From Octopus vulgaris (taxonomy: Eukaryota), in NCBI GenBank assembly GCA_951406725.2, contig OX597825.1, positions 50,406,001-50,470,000 on the forward strand: 64,000 nt of DNA, read 5' to 3'. How positions within the stretch are numbered: position 1 is the stretch's first letter; the number at the start of each line of letters is the position of its first letter. The notes below the pieces were generated by a model, which worked only from the letters and a program-made list of their open reading frames with translations, did not search any database and was not told the origin of the DNA. The position numbers and the translations under genes were made by a program. Positions 25,323 to 35,224 of this stretch are shown piece after piece.

Positions 25323-25516
25323 ATACATATATGTATATATACATACGCATTCAAAATAATTTTTCCATCGTCTCGACGTAAAAGCCCTAATCCTTTGTTT
25401 TTACTGTGTTATTCTCCTTGTCCTGTCTTTTACTGTTTTTATTTGTATTGCTTTTACTGTCTTGTTTTGTTTTTACTGTCCTGTTCTTGTCACCATTTTT
25501 ACCCCGCTGCAAAAAA

Positions 25517-25732
25517 TCCTGGACCAGGCTGCATGTTGTGTTCTTGGGCAAGACACTTTATTTCACTTTGCTCCAGTTCACTCAGCTGTAGATATTTGTT
25601 GCGACATCACAGGTGCCAAGCTGTATTGGCCTTTGCCTTTCAGTTGGATAACACTGGTGGCATGGAGAGGGGAGGCCAGTATGCATGGGTGACTGCTGGT
25701 CTTCAATATACAACCTTACCTGGACTTGTGCC
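25517..25732 (+). mobile_element. SINE body fragment (same family as 61091-61440)
   Basis: GGACCAGGCTGCATGTTGTGTTCTTGGGCAAGACACTTTATTTCAC... is colinear with the reverse complement of 61173-61375. Confidence 0.8.
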
Positions 25733-26874
25733 ATATGACTGTTCCTGACTTAAATATTCCTTTAGCTGATACCAGACATCAGTCTTTTATTGATATTAGC
25801 TAAATAAATAAATATATAATTTTTAGTCTAATATATTTTGAATTATTATACTCTTTCTAAAAATCTTCTCTATTGGTGTTAATAAGCTACATATATTTTA
25901 CCATAGTATTAGTAATTAAGCCATTTTATTTCCTTTCCAATGGTGTTCTGCCCTACTTGATTATTTTATTTTGTTTCTTTATTATTATATAATTAGCCTT
26001 TATTTATTTATAAAATTAATCTAATTTTTGCATCTCTATAAATTCATACTTATCTTATATAAATCTATACTGGTATATTCACTACTTATAAAAAAAAACT
26101 GCTTAGATTATAACTTTATCAATATATAATTAGCATGTTCCTTTACCTCAATACTCCTTTATTAATACCAGTATATACAAATTAATCAATATTCACAGAT
26201 ACTATCTGATGAGTTAGTATTTAAGTGTACAATATGTATAAATATTAAACTATTTCTGGATAATTTATTTTCCTCCTTCTATTGTGGTAAAAGTTTTGTA
26301 TATATACTCAAAAGTATTCAAAAATTTCTATCCTTTTGTTATAATATTCTTCTTAATAATCTTCTGAATAACCCTAAGCTTTAACTGTATACACTATAGC
26401 CACATTGTTTAAAATATTTAACTATAGTACTACATGTTAAGACTTCCCCTGTTTCATTATCAATGGTCTGCTAGTGGGTGACCCCCTTAATTGTCAGCTA
26501 ACATCTTGTTTTAAGTTTTCTTTTACCAAACATCATGATACTGCTTCTAATAAATCTTGATTTTTATGACTATACCAACTATGATATCTGTCTGTTCCCA
26601 CAGCCCTACCCCTAACAAATACTGCCCTCTGTTCTCTCAGCCTTAGATATACAAGGGATTTGATAAACTAATCTATAAATTAAACTGACCCCATAAAAAC
26701 AAAAAATCAGTGACAGGCAGAGTCTGTAACAATGTATATCTTCTTGAAAATTTAATAACTTCTATACTGGAGCGAGACAGTATGTTCTTTGTCTATCTCC
26801 TTAACTTCTTGGAGATTTTAGGTATAATTATACTAATGTGTCCATATGTTCTAATTTAATTAAATTCTATGTCT

Positions 26875-26966
26875 TTGTGCAGCTGAAGATTGCGCTGCAT
26901 TTTAAATTGATGTAATGATTGCATTGTTCAATTAAATGGAGTGGCATGAAATGATCGTAATACATT
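26875..26966 (+). ncRNA. Degenerate hammerhead motif at the 3' end of a probable PLE remnant
   Basis: CTGAAGA (26883)-TTGCGCTGCATTTTAAATTGA...TCAATTAAATGGAGTGGCA-T-GAAA (26948)-TGATCG-TA; (TA)n follows ~35 nt later. Confidence 0.5.
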
Positions 26967-26987
26967 ACCTCTGGATATCTTTGTTGC

Positions 26988-27023
<36 letters not shown>

Positions 27024-27025
<2 letters not shown>

Positions 27026-27473
27026 CACATTAAAAAAGGTGGCTTATTAGCAATTAGAACTCAAAGGCAAGATTAATAGAGGTTATTAAAGTGACACCAA
27101 AGTGACACTCCAGACAGTGTGTTTGTGGCTTTGAGTTTAACTCTTATCTTTAGCAAAAGTAGTGCTAGTCATTACCCTCTGTCACTTTAGTTTCTAACTG
27201 CTAACAAGCCACCCTTTTTAATTTGTTGTTTACTCTTTTACCATTTTGGAAATCAGCACACATTTTCAATGGTTTTCCTCATAAGACTGACATAGGTAGT
27301 TAAGTTTAACCCTAGGTGTTAAGAACCAGTGAAGAGTATTGTGATCTGGCTATGTACGTTGGGGACTTACTTCCTTTGTCAGTCACTTAAGAGAGTGCAT
27401 TTGTGGCTTTGAGTTAGTTTAACTCTTATCTTTAGCAAAAGCAGTGGTAGTCAGTACCCTCTGTCACTTTAGT
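27024..27473. repeat. Fold-back plus direct-repeat unit next to (TA)n
   Basis: Inverted arms 27024-27059 / 27192-27227; ~78-bp direct repeat 27116-27191 / 27394-27473. Confidence 0.75.
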
Positions 27474-27504
27474 GGCCTCTACTTTTATATAAATGATGGA
27501 CTTT

Positions 27505-27632
27505 TATTCAGTTTCTGTCACCCAAATCCACTCACAAGGCTTTGGTCAGCCTTAGACTATAGAAGACACTCGTCCAAGGTGCCATGCACTGAGACTGAAC
27601 CCAAGACTATGTGATTAGGAAGCAAGCTTCTT
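27505..27632 (-). mobile_element. tRNA-derived CORE-like SINE, 5' part
   Basis: Reverse complement of AAGCTTGCTTCC...GGGTTCAGTC...CCTTGGACGAGTGTCTTCTATAG...GCCTTGTGAGTGGATTTGG; same family as 45073-45480. Confidence 0.75.
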
Positions 27633-30600
27633 GAAAACAACTATTCTAATATTTCACTGAAACCAAGGGCACCAAACATTTTCAATTTTTATTTGCAACC
27701 ACTCTCAAAAGATTTTTTTGTCTAGCAAGGTACTTGGTGACCCTGTAAGTGCAGGTTCCACTTAAAAAGCACCCAGTCTGCACTGTAAAGTGGTTGGCAT
27801 TTGGAAGTGCATCCACCTGTAAAAACATTCCCAAAACTGACCTTGCCTGTGCTTGAGCCACATAAAAAGCACTCTGCTAAGTGGTTGGTGTTAGGAAGGG
27901 CGTCCAGTTGTAAAAATCCTGCCAAAGCAGAAGTCTGGTGAAGGCTCTGCCTGGCCTGCTCCTGTCAAACCATCCCACTCATGTTAGCATGGAAGGTGAA
28001 CGTTAAACAATGATGATGAGTTCAGCTAATCCATTGACCCCTTGATCCTTTGACCCAAGATATTTGCTATTGTATGTGATATAGGTTTGATTTCAACCAG
28101 CTGAGTCTATCCTACTTGATTAAATGCTAGTTCTTCATATATGGTATCAGTGGTGCTTGGTTCCAGAAGCAGTAAAGACTATGTCTCTCAGTAAGTGAAC
28201 CAGTTCACTAAGTTGTTGATATGTAGCATGGCATGGTACCATTCACTTTTACATTAAGTCTATATATATGTAAATATGATCCATCTTACAGTATAAATCC
28301 CTTCTGTACTATATTTTTCAAGATGTTTATAGTACTTAGGGCTTAGTGTTGTAAGTAAATGGTTAACTGAGAACCTTGCCTCTCAAAATATAGAAACATT
28401 TCTCATGGCACCAATCGTGAGTGTGTGTTTGTGTGTGTCTGTATGTCTGTCTGTCTGTATTAGTATTTAACAGAAGTAACTCTTGGATCTTGCATCACTC
28501 TGTTACTTCTGCTAAATGTTACTAGAAGTAACATGCTCATAATTGAGTTCTATTTCTTCTGTTTGCATCAGCATACCTGTACATATACAGATATATATAT
28601 ATATATATAAGTATGTAACTTATTCAAAACCAGTGGGATCATGCCTATGACCCTTACACGCTGTCCCAGACTGGTGAGATCATAAATTTTTGCGGGGGGG
28701 GGGGGGATTGGGTAGAGGGTTTGTTTCAGAGAAATGAAAAAGTGTCATGGACCAGTGTTTATTCTCTACATCTGAAGAGTAGCGCAGACAGTTGAGGAGT
28801 CGACAGGAAGTAGTGGTGGTATTGAGTGATGATATTGGTTGGAAACAGATTTCTGGCAAATTGAGTGAAGCAGAGGTTGTTACAGAACCAGCAGAAGAGA
28901 TAAAGGAAGGAACACAGCAAACCAGTGGTTTAATGACTGTAATAAATCAAATTAATTAAAAAGAGAAAAATGTTCCTACAGATAAGACACTTCTCTACCT
29001 GTTGGGATGGACACATTTTACGACAATTAATCAACAATCCCACAACAGTGATCTGTAGCACTTATTTACAGTTATGTGTACTGGGAAATCAAAAGCAATG
29101 GCAATTGTCACAAAATTGGCAGAACACAAAGCACTGCTCTTTTGTCTCATTAAGGGTTTCTGAGATAGATTCAAGGACAAATATTTGGAAAATAATATCA
29201 ATTACATTAATCTTAATACTTGACTAGTATTTATTTTACTGACCTCAGTGAGATTTGAACTGAGAATGTAAGGAGATATAACTAAATGCTGCAAGGTATT
29301 TTGTCAGGCTCTCTGCCATATCTGTCACCCACTAGAAAATATAAAATAGCCTGAGGTTGAGGCAGTGAGTGTGAAACTAGAGAGAAAGAGAAGTTTGGTG
29401 TGGCGGTGATTGTTAGATGCCAACTTGAACTTGGTGAACCAAATATTGGCACAAATTAAAGAGAGGACAATTGGTACAAGAGAGGAAGTCATTTGTCATA
29501 TTATCCTGCTGAATAAAAGAAACAGAGCAGATTTAATCAGACCCTCACTAAACATAAGGATGGAACAGAACAAAATGGAAGAGAAAAAAGAAGAGAGTGG
29601 CATCACCAGATTTCTGAGAATCTATTAATATGACCATTAAGATCAGTAATTTTCATTAAATCTATTTCAGACAAATCAGACTCCTCATTGAATTAGTAAC
29701 TAAATAGGGATATTTGTCTGCAAATGCATTTCCAGAGCAGATTTAAAAGCTATTTTGCACCTGCTACATGATCAGCCAGAGGTATGTATTGATTTCCAAA
29801 GACACAGTATGTGTGTGTAGAAAGAGAGAAAGGGATAAATAGTGTAAGATGAAATATGAAAGAGCCAAGGAAGAAACTCAACACATTATCTACCATTGTT
29901 AAGTATTTCTTCAAAGCAGCAAGAGAAACTGGTGAAGGTTAGTGATGCGTATAAGTAAACTTATTTGTAGCTCTTGTCATCATTTGTGAAGGAGAAAGTT
30001 GTATAGAATCAGGTAGAGTTCTTTCACATCTATTGTTTGTTCAATACTGATAAGACATGAAAGGTGTTCCTTTATTTTATGCCTATTGATTTTACTTACC
30101 AAACATTCTAGCTTACAACAGCGATTGTCAGTGTATTTTACAGTGTGTGTGTGTGAGTATCTGTGTGTGTGTGTGTGTGTGTGTGGTGTACAGCATCATC
30201 ATCATCATCATTATTTTTATGTCCATTTTACCATGCTTGCATGAGCAGATTGGATCTTCTCCAGCTCAGCTTCTTACTACTTGGTGTGGTTCTCTGTCAT
30301 CTCCTTTGTAAATTTCAGCCAGCTGAGATCGGCTTTCACCATTTCTTTCCATGTCTTCCTCTGCATGTGTGCAAAGTGCAGTGTTGCATGGTATCAAAAC
30401 ATGGGTATTGAAAGCAGAAAACAGAGTAAAAGCTGGAAATAATGGAAGCAAGCTCAGCTTGATGTGTACTGTCAGTGTGGATGATGGAGCACAAAAGAAC
30501 TGAGAAAAGGCAAGGTTGAAGAAGAATCAGATGTATTATACAAGACAGGAGATTGTGCTGGTAGAGATGTGCAGAAAGGAAGAGGATAATAGTTAGGTAC

Positions 30601-31120
30601 ACAAGTGGTAAATGGGAGCATCATGCAGAAGAGAAAGACTAAGGAAGTCAAAGATAAAAAAAAATGTTCTTTATTCTCAACAGAAGCAAGTGGACCTTCA
30701 CAAAGACAGAACAAATGGCAAGTTGCTGTGATTGGTCAGCACCTGCCCAATACAGGGAAATGTAGCAAAATATATGTAACATAATGAATTTGTAAGCATT
30801 TTCATGTACCAAAACATAGTATATTCTGTTTAACTGTTCAAAGCCAAAGAGTCATGCCGCTGACTCTCAAGTTTTCTCAATATAAGCATACTGTGAAAAA
30901 GTAAGTAGACAAATATAGAACTATCAGCTAAGACGTACACAGATATATATCCCCTTATACACACACACACATATATATATATATATGTATATATAGGTTT
31001 TATATTCATAGATATATCTATGTGTGTGTGTGTATATATATATATGTATATATATATATGTATATATATATGTATATATGTTTTGCAAGATTTTTGATGT
31101 GAAATCGTGTGTTGAAACAG

Positions 31121-31386
31121 ATATTGTTGTATTTAGGAATGGTCATTTTGCCAGTTTAGCCAATAAAATAGCTGACCATTAGTAAGGAGAGACATACAAA
31201 TAAGAAAGAAGAAAGCAACGGACCACTGATGAGGTCACAGGAGTGTGACGAAAGAACTCTGGCCGAAATAAGATTAAGATTAATGTAAAAAATTAATAAC
31301 GCTGAAGCAAAGTAACACCAAATATATAGTGCATGTGTTTTTATTGGCTAAACTGGCAAAATGACCATTCCGAAATACAACAATAT
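31121..31386. mobile_element. Fold-back mini-element: 48-bp inverted arms enclosing a hammerhead
   Basis: Arms 31121-31168 and 31339-31386 are reverse complements with one mismatch; set in a TA-rich microsatellite context. Confidence 0.8.
31219..31265 (+). ncRNA. Minimal type I hammerhead ribozyme
   Basis: CGGACCA-CTGATGA-G-GTCACA-GGAG-TGTGAC-GAAA-G-AA-C-TC-TGGCCG: stem I 6 bp with a bulged A, stem II 6 bp, CUC triplet. Confidence 0.75.
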
Positions 31387-31396
31387 ATATATATAT

Positions 31397-32070
31397 CAAT
31401 TTGAGTAAAAAGCAAGCATCATTTTGAACCATGAAAAATTTGTACCAGATTTTTGCAGAGTTTTGAATTATTTAAAACATATTTTTGCAATTGTTTGATA
31501 ATACAGACATAGACTGGCCAAAAGGCATCAATAAATTTACATTGATACTTTTTTCACCTTTGTTACAATCATCTGGAATGGAACTGTCAAAGCACAATAT
31601 TCAAGCAATTTTGCTATTCAACTTTAAAAAAGGACATAAAGCAGCTGAAACCTTTCGTGATATCAACGAAACATTTGGTCAGGAAATGACCTGTGAGTGG
31701 TCAGCTCGAAAATGGTTTAAATGATTTTGTAGTGGAGACCTGAGCTCTGAAGATCATGAGCATAGCAGACACCCATCTGTCATCGATGATAGTCAATTAA
31801 AGACCCTCAGTGAGTAAGATCCACGGAAAACCACTCAAGAACAGGCAAAAGAACTTCAAGTTAGCCAGGAAACTGCCTGCAACCATTTGCATATAATCAG
31901 AAAATCAAGAAAGCTTGACAGATGTGCCCCACATGATTTTAATGAAAATCAGAAAATGCACAGATATAAAATTTGCTTGTCGCTTCTTCTCCGTAATCAG
32001 AGCAATCCATTTCTCAAAAGTATTGTAACTTACGATGAAAAGTGGATTCTGTACAATAATAAAAAAGTTG
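31397..32070 (+). mobile_element. mariner (Mos1/Hsmar1-like) 5' remnant
   Basis: MELSKHNIQAILLFNFKKGHKAAETFRDINETFG...WFK and FLKSIVTYDEKWILYNN. Confidence 0.9.
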
Positions 32071-32917
32071 GATGGAAAAGCACTGGGTGCTTTTATTCTT
32101 GGCACCAGCACTAGTAAGGATTGCCTCATAAACAGCACTATTGATGATAGCCTCATTACTTGGCCCTGAAGTGGAATCTGTAATTGAAGGAGAATAGAAG
32201 AGAGGATGTGCAATGGTGTCATGGATGTAGAAATGATGAGTAAGATGAGGGAGTATAGCAGGTAACAAGGGAAAGGGAAGGGATTAGTGAGAAGGTCAAA
32301 GATAAGGGAGGTATACAGCTGAAAAGATGATAGGGTGCACTGTGTAAGGGATGGATCAAGGGCTATCCAACATAAGGGATGAGAATGGGCAGAATGTGTG
32401 GGGGGAAAAGTGATAGTAAAGGATCAATGGATGACAGTGGAGAAGAATCCTGAGAAAATCATTGAGAAGTGTTGGGAAGCAGGTCTCATAGGATGAGTCA
32501 GATGGGCAAGATGAGAAAAGTGTAGGAGTGTTGAAGTGGCAGAGATGTCTGGGAGAGAAGAGTGAGAAAAAAGGAAACAGAGGGTAAGAAGTAAATATTA
32601 AACGGTACCATGAAGTAGATATTAGTGGGTACCAGGGTGTGACTGCTGCAAAAGCATTGTGAACAGTGAAGGAGTGAAAAGGAAAAAGAGAGGAGGACAA
32701 CAGCTGATGGATGTAGCAAAGGAAAGAAAAGCTAGAAGGCATCCTTGAGGTATAAGTACAAATAGTAAGACAAAGCTAAGAGGAAGTGTTGGGAGGTAGT
32801 AAAAGTAACTTGGAAGAGAGTGTACTGTGAGTGATGAAGAGATAGGAGTTCTGGATGATATAAAGTGACAGGCATAAGCTAGGCTTGATGAAAAGCAGTA
32901 TATAGATATACATTTAG

Positions 32918-33126
32918 AAAGGGGTGCTGAAGGCCTTAAGGGTATTGTGAAAGGCTTGGTTAGAGGTCCAACCTTTGAAGTTCTTTTACAGGGTGTAGAA
33001 AAACTGAAGGACCGCTGCAATAAATGTATTGATCTGAGAGAGGAATATGTTGAATAAAATCATAATTAACTGATCCTTCTGGATTTTCTTTCACCCAAGG
33101 CCAGGAACTTTTCAGCACCCCCTTAT
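32918..33126 (+). mobile_element. mariner-derived MITE
   Basis: GGGGTGCTGAA...CCAGGAACTTTTCAGCACCCC TIRs; second copy in the opposite orientation at 51238-51452. Confidence 0.8.
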
Positions 33127-33179
33127 ACACCTACAAAAAATTATGGTACAACACCTTACTCACTACCCTTGAGTTAGGG

Positions 33180-33810
33180 TGCACTTTTCCATGGGTAGAT
33201 GAGTCTTCTGTAGCATTAAATATTGCCAATCAGTAAGGTCCTTTGTAATATCCTTCAATAGATGTAGCATCTTCAGACCAGCCTTCACCACTTCATCCCC
33301 AGTCTTCCTTGATCTCCCTCTTCCACAGGTTCCACTAAATTGGAATACTCAATGATTTTGTTTGCAGTGGTCATACTCCACACATATTACATACCTCTAA
33401 CAGGGCAGCCTCCTTTCTTGTACAGTACATCTGATTTCTCTTATAACCAGTTTTTCTCTTAGCTCCTTTTGTACTCTGACATTCATGCACAATAATATTG
33501 CACTTCCACTGGAGCATGTTAGCTTTATTTCATTCCAATCTTCCCAAATACTCTGTATTCATGGCCCATGGCTCACTACTATGCAGAAACACAGTTCTAA
33601 CACGCAGCATACAATCTGCCTTTCATTGTGAAGGCAGACCTTCTTGCCAGCAGCTATATTAGGAACTCCTTGAACTTCTTCCAACACCTTCTTAACTTGA
33701 TTATAATTCTTTCAGAGCAACCACCAACTCTGCTAATTATGTCTCCTAAGTAACTAAAGGTATTTACTACTTCTAGTGAGTCATCTGATTATTTAAGAAA
33801 ACCATTTTCC
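33180..33810 (-). pseudogene. RTE LINE 3' remnant
   Basis: Minus strand EVVNTFSYLGDIISRVGGCSE...CWKKFKEFL...KGRLYAAC; related remnants at ~30380-30740(+), 59120-59600(-), 62080-62420(+). Confidence 0.7.
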
Positions 33811-35224
33811 TGTGTGTGGTGGTGGTGGTGGTGGGGTATGCAATTAATTTTTTAAAATAATTTGTACCATTCTCCTTCAACAGCAACATATATACAGACA
33901 GGTAGACAGACACATAAACAGGTAGACTGAGAAGAAAAACTTGAACTTACAAGAGCATTTGCTTGTGTAAAGATACAAAATACTCCTTCACAATCCATCA
34001 TTCTTTCCTACAACTCCTCTCATCTTTTAATAGTGATGTTTAAATCTTGCTTTATTTACAGGACATCTGCTCTGTGTGTGTGTACATTGTAAATATGCAG
34101 ATATATTTAGATATATTTAAGTATCAAAATTAGACAAATTCTTTAGAAAAGTAAGAGATATTTGCTAAAGTTCTCAAGTTTTCCCTTAAGTCACAAGACC
34201 TAATTCTAATGTAAAATATTTCCCAAAACATATCTACTTCACAGCAGCAGCAGACAGAGTTTCCATTGTTAATATTCTTGTTATTGTGACCTCTGAATAG
34301 CAGAACAATTTTGCCTCAACCCATAGAATCTAGAGCACAAGTGACACAATAGGAACCATTATCCAACTGACGAGAAGCTTTTGTCGTAGAGGTTAGACTG
34401 TTCTTTGAAAGAAATATAAATATTGTAATGTTCTTTCTACATGACACATTTGTTTGGGTCAGAAAGTTCTAAACAATTACACAGAATAATTAAACTTCTT
34501 ACAACTTTGTTTATATTCATTTATTATATTTATGTTTGCTTTGATTTATTATCTTCCTACTTCTAGATAGAAGTTTCTAAAATTAATGAGGTCCTGTGTG
34601 TAACCTGAGTCTAGAATGGGTATGTAAAAGGCAAACAGAATGGTTGGCAACAACATAACTATAAAATATTGTCTCAAAAGGGAATTATGATATTGGCACA
34701 TGGACCTGCAAGTTTAACAGATTTAATATGAAGATGCTAAAATTTAAATCCTAATCCTATATCACCTGTCAATCCAAAACTTTGATCATATTCAGGTTAA
34801 TGTAAACCAAACTCCCACCTGCTTTATGAAAAATAATGCAAGATTTCAGTGGAACAATTAAGTGACATACCAAACACCAACAAATTACAAACTATTAGTT
34901 ACTTTACTAACACATTATTTCAAATTATTTTATAGACATACTCAGGCAGCTATAACCATGAAGTCAAGAAGGTCACTTGACAACCACAATATTTGGGGTT
35001 TAGTCCATCAGTACAGGACGTGGAGCAAGTGATTTCAAGTACAGCTTCTGGTTCACTAATACCTTATCAGTGAAACTGGTAGAAAAAAACTGAGGAAACC
35101 ATTTTATATATATGTGTGTGTGTGTATGTGTGAGTGTGTAAGTATGTGTGTGACAGAGAGAACTAATTTACTTATAAATTTGGTAAAAAAATTTCAAAAT
35201 AATATTAGTTAAAAAAAATTCTTT

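Noticed and set aside
25053-25748. 231-aa ORF
   Set aside because: Runs across two different SINE-type repeats and a T-rich tract; chance read-through.
34365-34395. CTGACGAG hammerhead-like start (also CTGAAGAG at ~28772)
   Set aside because: No GAAA box after a stem II.
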